NCBI GenBank assembly: GCA_964638585.1
Contig: CAZXAN010000003.1
Span: 30,047-94,046 of the forward strand
Length of the DNA: 64,000 nt
Direction: 5' to 3'
Source: an uncultured Candidatus Saccharibacteria bacterium
GTDB lineage: Bacteria; Patescibacteriota; Minisyncoccia; Phycocordibacterales; Phycocordibacteraceae
Positions 1-9,437 of this stretch are shown in pieces. The translations under genes were made by a program, and so were the position numbers. How positions within the stretch are numbered: the first letter of the stretch is position 1; every line of letters begins with the position of its first letter. Under the pieces are notes generated by a model. That model saw nothing but the letters and a program-made list of their open reading frames with translations, searched no databases and was not told where the DNA came from.

Positions 1-8
1 TGTGTTAA

Positions 9-569
9 TTATTGCCATGGTGTAAGGTGTTCTACGATTGTTACAGAATATTGTGATCCTTTGAAACTCCACGTCACTCTTGATGTTATTTGTTCGTCAC
101 TTGCAGTAACAGCAGTGGCTTGGATTGTGCGAGTAAACGGAGTTATCGTACCGCCAGAAGTCTGCGTATAAACTTTTTTAGCTGATAGGTATAGCGGTCT
201 GCACGCACCAGAACATGCCTGTACTGTGCCACTACCAGCAGGGTCAAATGTGCAGACGGCAGGAGCAACACACTTGCCTATTGAAGCCTGTGCTAAGAAT
301 CTGGTCCACGCGACAGTAGAAGCGCTCGGCTGATTGTATACGGCAAGATATTCGTTATCACGCATAGAACGCACATGTTCAATACCCTCTTGTGCGAGAT
401 ATGATGCGATTAGTTGGTCTCTTGAGACCTCTGCGGCGACAATCGCACGGTTTGCTGTGTACAAAGGTCCAGAGACAGCAAGAGTCATTATTACTACAGC
501 AATCAGAGTCTCTACCAATGTAAATCCTGTTGGCAGTTTGTAGTTTGTAGTTTGTAGTTTTATATTCAT
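9..569 (-). CDS. Pilin-like/pseudopilin protein with prepilin-type N-terminal cleavage/methylation motif
   Basis: The N-terminus reads ...LPTGFTLVETLIAVVIMTLAV, the classic G|FTL(V/I)E prepilin peptidase site followed by a hydrophobic helix. It lies in the pilus locus. Confidence 0.8.
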   Translation of the reverse strand: MNIKLQTTNYKLPTGFTLVETLIAVVIMTLAVSGPLYTANRAIVAAEVSRDQLIASYLAQEGIEHVRSMRDNEYLAVYNQPSASTVAWTRFLAQASIGKCVAPAVCTFDPAGSGTVQACSGACRPLYLSAKKVYTQTSGGTITPFTRTIQATAVTASDEQITSRVTWSFKGSQYSVTIVEHLTPWQ

Positions 570-1087
570 AGGTCAGATCCTCTCATGGTTGCACCGGTCT
601 CAACTGTGAAAGATTTTTTTTGTTCAGGCTTCGGACCGTATGATACGTCGCCAGAAACAATCATAGTGACACGTGGCTGTCTTAAATCTCCCGGAGGCTT
701 TGCAGTGCCAGAGACATAAAATACTAGTGAAGAGACATTAACAGACTGGTCTGTAAGCGCGATGCCATTCTGATTAATGACACCACCCGAGAGTGTGTAG
801 CTTATTTCATTTCCAGCGTTTACTACAGAAAAGCTAGTCCCACCAGAGCAGTCACCGCCTGTCACCGCAGGACATTTATAACTTGTGCCTGTGCGGATAG
901 TGCGTGTCATAGTCTCAAGAGCAAAGGAAAGACTGTTGATGCCAGTGGCTATTCCTTGAGCCTGCCGATTAATACTGATCATGATGAAGTAAGCGCCAGA
1001 AGTCATCAAAACCACAATAGAAAAGAGCCCTATAGAGACTATAAGTTCAATCAAAGTGAATCCTCTTTTTTTATTATTTATGGACAT
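566..1087 (-). CDS. Pilin-like protein (prepilin N-terminal domain)
   Basis: N-terminus MSINNKKRGFTLIELIVSIGLFSIVVL. It overlaps its neighbour by 4 nt. Confidence 0.8.
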   Translation of the reverse strand: MSINNKKRGFTLIELIVSIGLFSIVVLMTSGAYFIMISINRQAQGIATGINSLSFALETMTRTIRTGTSYKCPAVTGGDCSGGTSFSVVNAGNEISYTLSGGVINQNGIALTDQSVNVSSLVFYVSGTAKPPGDLRQPRVTMIVSGDVSYGPKPEQKKSFTVETGATMRGSDL

Positions 1088-1689
1088 GATAGTGAATTCG
1101 CAACTATCGCCCCTGAAGACAATACTGATATGTTCTTCGCGTTACTCACACCGCCTTGTGGAGAGATGATCTTGATACATGCCGAAGAATAAACCGCCCC
1201 GTTCCCGCGTATAGCCGGGGTCGGGTTTGGTCGCGCAAATACAATATCAAGACTGGTCAAGCTACCACTCGCACATGACGGCCCTGCACAGAAGTCACTT
1301 ATAGTTACACTGTTACCAAGCGTATATGTCCGGATGACCTGATCGCCAGCACCGTATTTATTATCACCAGGCTTGCAATCTGGCGTCATACCAGAGCAAG
1401 ATGCCCCGCCAGCCAAATCAGCAAACAAGATAAAAGAGTTTGGAGTCCCTTTTTGCACGTTGATGCCATAGCCGACGCCAACAGAACTGCCTATCGCTTT
1501 ACCACTGATACCAAACGTCTCTGCAGAACGCAGAGTTAGAGCGATGTCATAAGCAGTATTTGAGAGAAGCAAGCTCTTATTAAAAGAACTTTGACTGTTT
1601 AGCGTAATTGAAGTTATTACACCTATAATCGCGAGCACGACTATAAGCTCAATTAGAGTAAATCCCCTATATATAGAAATAGATTCCAT
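1078..1689 (-). CDS. Pilin-like protein (prepilin N-terminal domain)
   Basis: N-terminus MESISIYRGFTLIELIVVLAIIGVITS. Confidence 0.8.
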   Translation of the reverse strand: MESISIYRGFTLIELIVVLAIIGVITSITLNSQSSFNKSLLLSNTAYDIALTLRSAETFGISGKAIGSSVGVGYGINVQKGTPNSFILFADLAGGASCSGMTPDCKPGDNKYGAGDQVIRTYTLGNSVTISDFCAGPSCASGSLTSLDIVFARPNPTPAIRGNGAVYSSACIKIISPQGGVSNAKNISVLSSGAIVANSLSCP

Positions 1690-2417
1690 TGTGTGAAGTA
1701 TGCGAGGAGGAAGCCTGCCGCCAAATAAGGGGCGAATGGCACCTCTACTCCCATTCTAGTGCCAGGAGCTCTCTTCAACAACAGCGCTATACCTATAACT
1801 GCCCCAATCCAAAATGAGAAGACAAAACCAGTGAATGCGTATGATCCAACTAAGAGTGCCAACCCAAAAGCTAGCGGAGCATCGGCGAGACCCATCGCTC
1901 GTCCGCGCGACAAGAAATGTATAAGAGCGAGAAATACTGCGATAGCAAGAGCAACAAAGACTGTCGTTATAAAGTCTGGCAGTGATGGAGAGAGCGATAA
2001 GCCAGTTATTGCGCTCATAATCACAAAGATAGCAAGCATAACAGGCGGAAGTATTTGGTGTGCTAGGTCATACAAAACAAGTGCGAGTAGAGCCGATATT
2101 GCGAAGAGCATTGGCAATAAAGCGACTGTGAGCCCTATATGCAAGTACGCGAGAACGAATAGTGCTCCTAAAACTAGTTCAGAGACAGGCGCCAAGACAG
2201 AGATGCGCGCGCCACAACATCTGGCGCGCGCGTTTGACGCCAAGTACGATATCACAGGCACAAGGTCAAACGCTTTGAGATGTGCGTTGCACGCGTCACA
2301 CCTAGAGCGTCCTGTGATAAAACTCTGTCCTGTACCCACCCGCCCTGCAACAACTCCGGCAAAACTCGCAATGATAGCTCCAAGGATAAATAGTGTGACA
2401 GAAACTAGGATAATCAT
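1653..2417 (-). CDS. pilD: Prepilin peptidase (A24 family)
   Basis: Polytopic membrane protein with an N-terminal Cys box (RSRCDACNAHLKAFDLVPVISYL) typical of PilD/leader peptidases. It sits next to pilin genes. Confidence 0.85.
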   Translation of the reverse strand: MIILVSVTLFILGAIIASFAGVVAGRVGTGQSFITGRSRCDACNAHLKAFDLVPVISYLASNARARCCGARISVLAPVSELVLGALFVLAYLHIGLTVALLPMLFAISALLALVLYDLAHQILPPVMLAIFVIMSAITGLSLSPSLPDFITTVFVALAIAVFLALIHFLSRGRAMGLADAPLAFGLALLVGSYAFTGFVFSFWIGAVIGIALLLKRAPGTRMGVEVPFAPYLAAGFLLAYFTQWNLFLYIGDLL

Positions 2418-2436
2418 TAATGCATAATAACAGAAA

Positions 2437-2470
2437 CCGCCCGTTCTCTATGAACGGGCGGTTTCTGTTT
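2437..2470. terminator. Hairpin GAAACCGCCCGTTC/GAACGGGCGGTTTC between pilD and pilA, probably the terminator after the major pilin gene
   Basis: Perfect 14-bp inverted repeat 17 nt past the pilA stop, flanked by T/A-rich sequence on both sides. Confidence 0.55.
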
Positions 2471-2486
2471 TCAAATCAAATAGAGA

Positions 2487-2897
2487 CTACGGGCAGACTG
2501 TTATTGCAGATGCCGTTACACCCACTTCTCGTTTTGAGTTGCCGGTGCTATCAACACACCAAGAGTCAGCTGGAACCGCGACGAGCTGTGTTATGACTGC
2601 GTAAGCGGCAGCTGAATCAGTGCAGATAGAACCGCCAGATCCGTTTGCCGCGTCTGCAGCATCAACAGCGCGATCAACAATCGTATCCTCGCAGGTGTTA
2701 ATGTATGTATTACCTGTCATGTATGTTAACTCAGCCTGTGCTTGTATAGAAGCAAGGTCAGACTGGATTGCCGCATCACTGCCCTTAGAGCGGGCTGTTG
2801 TAAGAGATGCGAGCACGACAGCAGAGAGAATGCCGATGATTGCGATTACGACTAGTAATTCTATAAGTGTGAAACCTCGTGAACGAATTTTTTGCAT
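2487..2897 (-). CDS. pilA: Type IV major pilin
   Basis: MQKIRSRGFTLIELLVVIAIIGILSAVVLASL is a canonical type IVa pilin N-terminus. The protein is 136 aa, with C-terminal Cys residues and a hairpin downstream. Confidence 0.85.
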   Translation of the reverse strand: MQKIRSRGFTLIELLVVIAIIGILSAVVLASLTTARSKGSDAAIQSDLASIQAQAELTYMTGNTYINTCEDTIVDRAVDAADAANGSGGSICTDSAAAYAVITQLVAVPADSWCVDSTGNSKREVGVTASAITVCP

Positions 2898-2972
2898 ATT
2901 ATATTATATTTGATTAATGGGTTAATTGTACGCCTATACAGGCCTTAAGAGGGATAGGGGGTGTGGATAAGG

Positions 2973-4178
2973 TCAAATAGAGCCGGCGAGGTTATAGATA
3001 GGCATGAGCACAGCAGCGAGCAACACTCCTACCCCTAGGCCGAGCGCGACTATCATTATCGGCTCTATAAGCCCTACCAGGGTATCAACCGCGTTTGTCA
3101 CTTCACGGCCATAAAACTTTGCCAATGTGCTAAGTATCTTACCCAATTCTCCGGTCTCTTCGCCAACCTTTGTCATAGCGACCATAATCCCAGGTATCTC
3201 TGGGTGCTTGCCAAAAGCGTCTGATATAGACGATCCGCCCTTAACAGCCGTGCTGACGTCAGATAGCACGGCCTCGTATGCTGCGTTGCCAACGACAGAA
3301 GCGGTGATCTCTATTGCCGCAACAACCGACACACCAGAGAGAAGCATGGTTGAGAAGTTGTCTGAAATACGCGAGAGGTAAAGTTTTTTATATAGGTCAC
3401 CAACATAAGGGATTGAGAGTTTTAAGCTATCTAGGACAAGTTTCCCATTTTTAGTCTTTCTTAGTTGCCACACGTAAAAACCGACGGCGATCATAGCAAT
3501 GAGTACGAAAATGCCGTACTGAACAAGGAAGTTGGACAGCCCTATAACAATCTTCGTGTAGATCGGTACTTCTTGTCCTGAATCAACAAGAATCGCACTT
3601 ATCTTAGGTATCACAAGCGTCAACATAAGCGCCATAACGCTGAAAAAGACGGCAACGACGAAGATCGGATAGATGAGTGCGTTCTCGGCCTTACTCATAA
3701 TATCGTAGGTACGATCAAGGTAGTCGGCAAGATAGTTAAATATTTCAGACAGCTTGCCTGACTCCTCTCCTGCACGGACCATATTTACGTAGAAGTCACC
3801 GAAGACGTTCGGATGTCGTGCAAGAGCCGAGCTAATAGGACTACCACCCTGAATGTCGTCACCGACACTAGAGATAATCGCTGCTAGTTGTTTATTCTCA
3901 ATCTCGCTTGCGAGTAAGCGGAATATGCGCAGAGTAGACACCTGAGCCTCAAACAGTGTCGCTATCTGTCTAGATAGGATGACAACGTCTTTATTGGATA
4001 TTCTGTTGAAAAACGTGATGTCTATTTTAAAGATTGATTTCTTGTCGGCAGATTCTATAACAGAGACTATGAGACTTCGCCTCTGGAGCGCAGACACAGC
4101 AACTTCTTGAGATGGGGCTTCAATAGTCCCATCCCTCTCGTGTCCATCTTGGTCAATCGCGTGGTATTTAAAAAGCAT
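2973..4178 (-). CDS. pilC: Type IV pilus assembly platform protein (GspF/PilC family)
   Basis: 401 aa with three TM segments and two GspF-like cytoplasmic repeats. Confidence 0.85.
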   Translation of the reverse strand: MLFKYHAIDQDGHERDGTIEAPSQEVAVSALQRRSLIVSVIESADKKSIFKIDITFFNRISNKDVVILSRQIATLFEAQVSTLRIFRLLASEIENKQLAAIISSVGDDIQGGSPISSALARHPNVFGDFYVNMVRAGEESGKLSEIFNYLADYLDRTYDIMSKAENALIYPIFVVAVFFSVMALMLTLVIPKISAILVDSGQEVPIYTKIVIGLSNFLVQYGIFVLIAMIAVGFYVWQLRKTKNGKLVLDSLKLSIPYVGDLYKKLYLSRISDNFSTMLLSGVSVVAAIEITASVVGNAAYEAVLSDVSTAVKGGSSISDAFGKHPEIPGIMVAMTKVGEETGELGKILSTLAKFYGREVTNAVDTLVGLIEPIMIVALGLGVGVLLAAVLMPIYNLAGSI

Positions 4179-4205
4179 ATTAGGCGCTAGGCTCTAGGCA
4201 CTAGC
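4179..4205. repeat. CTAG-heptamer repeat (ATTAGGCGCTAGGCTCTAGGCACTAG), left arm of an inverted pair
   Basis: Contains TTAGGCGCTAGGCTCTAG. The identical 18-mer occurs reverse-complemented at 4571-4588. Confidence 0.8.
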
Positions 4206-4547
4206 TTTATTAATCATAACATTAAGCATACGCATAACTTCGTTTAATAACACCTCCACCTGGTGAAAATCCAATTTCTGAATTTTAGGTAATTGCTTCG
4301 CTATCTCTATCTGTGTCTCCAACTCTCCACCAGAACCAAATGCAACGCGTAGAAAGTAAACAAATTCTTTAGTTGATCCCCTCAGTTTGCCTTCTGCGAT
4401 ATTAGATGGGATGGAAACTGCCGCACGTTGCATTTGTGAAGCAAGTCCATAACGTTCCTCTGGTGGGAACTGACCGGTCAATGTATACGTATGACTCGCG
4501 AGTTGTATCGATTTCTGCCAGACGACAAGATCTCGAAATGTTTGCAT
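4194..4547 (-). CDS. Four-helix-bundle protein of the '23S rRNA intervening-sequence protein' type
   Basis: 117-aa protein with the YGLASQMQRAAVSIPSNIAEG...FL..A.GS..ELETQ pattern characteristic of this family. Confidence 0.75.
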   Translation of the reverse strand: MQTFRDLVVWQKSIQLASHTYTLTGQFPPEERYGLASQMQRAAVSIPSNIAEGKLRGSTKEFVYFLRVAFGSGGELETQIEIAKQLPKIQKLDFHQVEVLLNEVMRMLNVMINKASA

Positions 4548-4570
4548 GTTTATAAATTTGTATGTGTCAA

Positions 4571-4603
4571 CTAGAGCCTAGCGCCTAATGCCTAGTCGGC
4601 TAG
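4571..4603. repeat. CTAG-heptamer repeat, right arm (inverted)
   Basis: CTAGAGCCTAGCGCCTAATGCCTAGTCGGCTAG. Its reverse complement contains the same 18-mer as 4180-4197. Confidence 0.8.
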
Positions 4604-5692
4604 TTAAAGGTAGTGCTCAAACGTCTTCGGGTCCATCGCATATTCATAGGCATGTTCAACTGTCACTTCTCCCCTCTTAACAAGCTCTGATAGAGATCGG
4701 TCCATGTCAATCATGCCCTCTTGCGAAGATGTCTGGATGACAGCGTTAATCTCGTGCGTCCTCGCGTCGCGGATAAGAGTGCTGACGGCGTTGTTATTGA
4801 TTAGAAGTTCGTATGCTGGGATGAGACCGCCAGATATTCTTGGGATCAGTCTTTGCGAGAAGATGCCTGCAAGCGAGCCTGCGAGCTGTACACGCACCTG
4901 CGCTTGCTGTTCTGAAGGGAACATGTCAATAATACGGTCTATTGTTTGTGCTGCATTATTTGTGTGGAGCGTAGAAAAGACGAGGTGACCAGTCTCGGCG
5001 GCTGTCACAGCCGAAGAAATAGTCTCGTAGTCACGCATCTCGCCAACCATGATAACGTCAACGTCTTCTCTGAAAGCAGACTGAAGAGCGGTATGGAAGT
5101 CTGGCGCGTCTATGTGAATCTCGCGCTGGTGTATAAGAGATTTTTTAGAAGTGAATAAGTACTCAACAGGGTCTTCAATAGTCAAAATGTGCTCTGCACG
5201 CGACTCATTTATAGAATCAATCATAGTAGCAAGAGTTGTAGACTTGCCCTGCCCTACTGGCCCCACGACAAGGAAGAACCCCTGTTCGCGTTGAGTGAAC
5301 ACTTCAAGAATCGGTGGCAAGTTTAGCTCTGTTAATGTACGTATTGAATGCGGTATAAGCCGTAGTGCGAGCGCTGTAGTCCCTTGCACTCTATATCCAT
5401 TAACGCGGAAACGTGCATCAGCACCATGCGCAAGAGATACGTCAATTGTTTGATCCTTTTGAAAATGGTCCCATCTGTCTTCTGGGACAATGCTCTTAAG
5501 CATGCTCTCAGTCTCTTCTTCTGTAAACGCAGGGTATTTAGAAATTGGCAAAAGAGCTCCGGAGACACGAATCATAGGCGGACCACCCACAAATACGTGG
5601 ATGTCTGACCCTCCTTCTTTAATAACTATATCCAGAAGCTCGGCGAGATGTTTGTTGGTAGACATAGTTTTATGATTACTTAACTGCGCCAA
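4604..5692 (-). CDS. pilT: Twitching-motility ATPase
   Basis: 362 aa with Walker A GPVGQGKST and PilT-type motifs. Confidence 0.9.
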   Translation of the reverse strand: MAQLSNHKTMSTNKHLAELLDIVIKEGGSDIHVFVGGPPMIRVSGALLPISKYPAFTEEETESMLKSIVPEDRWDHFQKDQTIDVSLAHGADARFRVNGYRVQGTTALALRLIPHSIRTLTELNLPPILEVFTQREQGFFLVVGPVGQGKSTTLATMIDSINESRAEHILTIEDPVEYLFTSKKSLIHQREIHIDAPDFHTALQSAFREDVDVIMVGEMRDYETISSAVTAAETGHLVFSTLHTNNAAQTIDRIIDMFPSEQQAQVRVQLAGSLAGIFSQRLIPRISGGLIPAYELLINNNAVSTLIRDARTHEINAVIQTSSQEGMIDMDRSLSELVKRGEVTVEHAYEYAMDPKTFEHYL

Positions 5693-6119
5693 TTGTTTTG
5701 ACCTCTATAGTGCGCAATGTCTCTGCAAGCACTTCAGAAGGGATAGCGGACGCTTTTATAATGTACCCGTCTGCAGAAAGTTTCTTGGCCTTCTCAATAT
5801 CAGAATCTTGCCCTTGGTTTGAGAGTATTATAATCTTCGTTCCTTTAGCTAGATCATCTTTGCGTATCATTTCAAGAGTCTCAAAACCGCCCATGCCAGG
5901 CATAATTAGATCAAGCAAAATAGCGTCCGGTGATTTTGAACCTTCTTTCTTAAGCTCTGCAATAATCTCTTCGCCACCACCAAACACTTTAACGTCATGG
6001 CCGGCATTTCTGAACTTTACTGCGTATAAGTCTAGGAGAAACCTGTCATCATCAACCAAATATATTCTGTATGCCATTGCTTTCAGTATACTATGTCCAG
6101 AATCAAGCAGTTTCGTCAA
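5676..6119 (-). CDS. Stand-alone response-regulator receiver domain protein (CheY/PilH-like)
   Basis: REC-domain signature residues (DD...D...K) present; 147 aa. Confidence 0.8.
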   Translation of the reverse strand: MTKLLDSGHSILKAMAYRIYLVDDDRFLLDLYAVKFRNAGHDVKVFGGGEEIIAELKKEGSKSPDAILLDLIMPGMGGFETLEMIRKDDLAKGTKIIILSNQGQDSDIEKAKKLSADGYIIKASAIPSEVLAETLRTIEVKTIGAVK

Positions 6120-7890
6120 CGGGGAAAAGTTCTCCGCCTAGGGTGTTTATCTCTTCAAACGGGATTACGCCTGAGAGAGCCTTTACGATTGCGTCCTCAC
6201 GCATAGTGAGCATCCCGCTTGCGCGCGCAGCTGCGTAAACACTCTCTTCATTAGATGCGGTAAGAACTGCTTGTTCAATATTCTTATTCATGCGCAATAT
6301 CTCAAAAACACCTGTACGTCCTCGAGTGCCATTTGGACACTCTGTAGTCGGCTTCGCGTGATAAAACTCTTTGAGCGGTGGTAGAAGTTTTTTGTCTTTG
6401 TCTGGTAAGTCTGCAAATTGGCGTTCAAGAAGTGATTTTATGCTAGCTTCTACAGGGAAAGGGTCCCCTGCACCTTCACACAATTTACGCACTAGTCGTT
6501 GCCCTATAACTCCGACCAATGTTGGAGCGATAAGAAATGGGTCAACGCCCATGTCAATAAGGCGCGGTATAGCACCAGTCGCCGTGTTGGTGTGGATGGT
6601 AGAAAAAACGAGATGTCCTGTAAGCGCGGCTTGTACTGCGAGAACGGCGGTCTCTTTATCGCGGATTTCGCCTACCATAATAACGTCTGGGTCTTGACGC
6701 AAGATAGAACGGAGACCTGCAGCAAACGTGTAACCGATTTCTGGGCGCACCTGACTTTGCGCGACTCCCTGAATCTGATATTCAACAGGATCTTCAAGCG
6801 ATACAACGTTTGAAGTCTCTCTATCTGTCTCCGAGAGCATCGCAAAAAGGGTCGTAGATTTACCACTTCCGGTAGGTCCAGCAATAAGGATAATGCCGTA
6901 TGGCACTTTCATCATATCGCGTACAACAACAAGCTGGTCCTTTGAGAATCCTACCGATTCAAGAGTCGCTGTCGCGTCCGATTGGTCAAGAATTCTCATC
7001 ACGACCTTTTCACCGTATTCTGTAGGGAATGTTGACACGCGGAAGTCAATGCGTCTTTTGTCTATTGTTGCTGAGAAACGGCCGTCCTGCGGTTTGCGTT
7101 TCTCATCAAGACGCAATTTTGCGAGTATCTTTATACGTGCAACAACTGCTTCATGCACTTTTGCCGGTAGCTCAAGCGATGTATGCAGATCACCGTCCAT
7201 GCGGAAACGTACACGAGTCTTGGTAGGAGATGGCTCTATGTGTACATCTGAAGAATGTCCGTCAATAGCGTATCTTAAAATCGTAGAAACGATTTTGGTC
7301 ACTGGAGCATCCTCTTTCAAAGCTTCTTTTGTTCCAGTTAACGTAATTTGTTCTTCGCCAAAACTCTGAGCGTCAATAGACGTGACTGACGGCTCTTGCT
7401 GTTTATGTTCTGACGCAGGAGGTTCGGCGCTCATGTCGTATTCAGAAAGAGCTTTGCCTATCTCACCGGAGAGGTTTTGATATGCGCTAATGACGCGATC
7501 AAAATCTTGCTTTGTAATGAGAAAAACCTTATATGGCGTGCCGATTTTGCTTGAAATAAATTGCAACGCATCAAGTGCTTCTATGTTGTCTGGGTCAACA
7601 ACCCCAACTTCAAGCGCTCCGTCTACCATATCAAGCGGGACGAACCCGTAGTGAATTGCAGAATCAATCGGTATATAGCTGAATACCTCTTCATTGGCTG
7701 GAGGATCGCCGAGTATCCTAGAAGGCAGACCATAGGAGTCACCAACCTCCTTAAGTATCTCTTCAACAGAAATCCCACGCTCACTAAAGACATCTACAAG
7801 CGAACGGTTTTTTGCGAGTTCACGCTCAATACTCACCCTGTCATTAGGAGAGATATGTCCCTTTTCAATTAATAGTCCAAAAAAATTCAT
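6103..7890 (-). CDS. pilB: Type IV pilus assembly ATPase (GspE/PilB family)
   Basis: 595 aa with an N-terminal GSPII_E_N-like domain, Walker A GPTGSGKST and Asp/His boxes. Confidence 0.9.
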   Translation of the reverse strand: MNFFGLLIEKGHISPNDRVSIERELAKNRSLVDVFSERGISVEEILKEVGDSYGLPSRILGDPPANEEVFSYIPIDSAIHYGFVPLDMVDGALEVGVVDPDNIEALDALQFISSKIGTPYKVFLITKQDFDRVISAYQNLSGEIGKALSEYDMSAEPPASEHKQQEPSVTSIDAQSFGEEQITLTGTKEALKEDAPVTKIVSTILRYAIDGHSSDVHIEPSPTKTRVRFRMDGDLHTSLELPAKVHEAVVARIKILAKLRLDEKRKPQDGRFSATIDKRRIDFRVSTFPTEYGEKVVMRILDQSDATATLESVGFSKDQLVVVRDMMKVPYGIILIAGPTGSGKSTTLFAMLSETDRETSNVVSLEDPVEYQIQGVAQSQVRPEIGYTFAAGLRSILRQDPDVIMVGEIRDKETAVLAVQAALTGHLVFSTIHTNTATGAIPRLIDMGVDPFLIAPTLVGVIGQRLVRKLCEGAGDPFPVEASIKSLLERQFADLPDKDKKLLPPLKEFYHAKPTTECPNGTRGRTGVFEILRMNKNIEQAVLTASNEESVYAAARASGMLTMREDAIVKALSGVIPFEEINTLGGELFPVDETA

Positions 7891-7893
7891 CGC

Positions 7894-8220
7894 TCATTTT
7901 CGACTTACACTAGTTGTTGATGCGTTCGTAGCCGAGGATCCTGCTAGAGGAGCCAGTGGATCAAGTCTGCCTACAACCTCTGGTGTTATTGGCGTGGTTA
8001 GGTCTACAAGCGCCATAAAGTTTATATTATCAAAAATCTTTGTTGAAAATGAGACTGATTTTAGCTTACTCACTAGGTCTTGGAACTGCATCTGAGCCTG
8101 ACTGCTCTCAACACTTACCGTGAGCGATGGGTCATTCCCAGTATCAGTGAAGAAATACCAATATGCACCGCCTGCGACTACGATCGTGACGATGATTATG
8201 GCGATTGTGTTGGAGTTCAT
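7894..8220 (-). CDS. Hypothetical membrane-anchored protein in the pilus locus
   Basis: N-terminal TM helix, 108 aa, tightly packed between the pilO-like gene and pilB. No recognisable domain. Confidence 0.4.
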   Translation of the reverse strand: MNSNTIAIIIVTIVVAGGAYWYFFTDTGNDPSLTVSVESSQAQMQFQDLVSKLKSVSFSTKIFDNINFMALVDLTTPITPEVVGRLDPLAPLAGSSATNASTTSVSRK

Positions 8221-8241
8221 AATTTAAATATTATATCCGTA

Positions 8242-8805
8242 TCATGAGCGAAGCCAATAGAAACGAATGGTCATTTTGTAAGAGTAAACACCGTTATCAG
8301 AGCCCTTTATTATAAGCTCGCGCACGTCTAGAAGGCGTGCACTCTTCTCAACTCCTATCAAAAACGCTTGGAATGCTGTATACGTACCGACAGCAGAAAG
8401 CGATAGGTCAATAAAGTCAATCGGGCCCGCTTCTAATACAGGTATAGCACCAATAGCATCGGGACCTGAACTATTTTTACTTTTTGCGATCACGTCAATA
8501 TTTGATAGAGAGATGCCAGATCTTGCCGCAAGAGTGTTCAGATCAAGGATTAATCCAACATTATCAACCGAATCTGGGAGAAACGTCTCCAGACGCGCAA
8601 GATTTGTAGGGTCAATGTCGTTTTGTTGTCTGGTTAGCTCAACTTGTTGTTCAGCGTATGTATCTGCAGCTTTAAGAGCTTCATTGTCAGCACTGATTGC
8701 CTCGTTTGTCTTAGATATTGAGCCATTCCATGTTGGATTAATGTATATAAAAAATATTGCTATGGCCACAATGAGTGCTAATGCTGGAATTATACGTGTG
8801 TTCAT
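8242..8805 (-). CDS. PilO-like pilus biogenesis protein
   Basis: N-terminal TM helix, coiled-coil and a C-terminal domain of the pattern seen in PilO. Position in the locus supports the call. Confidence 0.55.
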   Translation of the reverse strand: MNTRIIPALALIVAIAIFFIYINPTWNGSISKTNEAISADNEALKAADTYAEQQVELTRQQNDIDPTNLARLETFLPDSVDNVGLILDLNTLAARSGISLSNIDVIAKSKNSSGPDAIGAIPVLEAGPIDFIDLSLSAVGTYTAFQAFLIGVEKSARLLDVRELIIKGSDNGVYSYKMTIRFYWLRS

Positions 8806-9377
8806 GGCAAAAAGGCTGTGAGCTTAGGGTCAAGCGTTGCAGACAAATCAAACGACACTGACCCGTCTTTGTTTATGCTTATATTGGAGAAGATTGCGTC
8901 TCTTATCCTGCCGTCTTGTGCAAACGCAGTTGAAACAGCGGCAAGGGCGTTGAAACTTTTTGCTATTCCAGAACCTTCAAGCTCAGGCGAGTCAGAATCA
9001 CTTAGCGAAAGCTTGATATCCAAGAAACGTACGCTCGTTGGGAGTATCTTCTCAAGAGAAGAAAAGAAACCAGAAAACGCAATATGTTCATTTATCAATT
9101 TGTCGCTTGAGACAAGACGGTCGCGCAGACGCACAAATCCCTCAACGGTTTCTGTATCAATCTTTTCAATTGCGCTTGAGAGCTTTGCTTCTGCTGTAGC
9201 TAGCGTCTTCAGACGAATTTGCCCATATAAGAAAACACCAATGGCAATAACAAATACGATGCCGAAAATTATATACGCGATAATGCCGAATAAACCTGTA
9301 AAGTCTGCGCTTAGTTTGCGCGCATTACCTGTCTGCGCATGTGGTACAAATGATGTTGGGATAGTAGGAGGGAGCAT
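8802..9377 (-). CDS. PilN-like pilus biogenesis protein
   Basis: Single TM helix and coiled-coil. It overlaps the pilO-like gene by 4 nt. Confidence 0.5.
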   Translation of the reverse strand: MLPPTIPTSFVPHAQTGNARKLSADFTGLFGIIAYIIFGIVFVIAIGVFLYGQIRLKTLATAEAKLSSAIEKIDTETVEGFVRLRDRLVSSDKLINEHIAFSGFFSSLEKILPTSVRFLDIKLSLSDSDSPELEGSGIAKSFNALAAVSTAFAQDGRIRDAIFSNISINKDGSVSFDLSATLDPKLTAFLP

Positions 9378-9437
9378 TCACTTCAGTATACGGTACTTGC
9401 GCAAGTGTGTGCACACACATCTGTGTACAGCGCTTCT

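Noticed and set aside
2898-2972. Possible sigma54 (TGGCAC-N5-TTGCA) promoter upstream of pilA.
   Set aside because: No convincing -24/-12 elements were found, only an AT-rich region.
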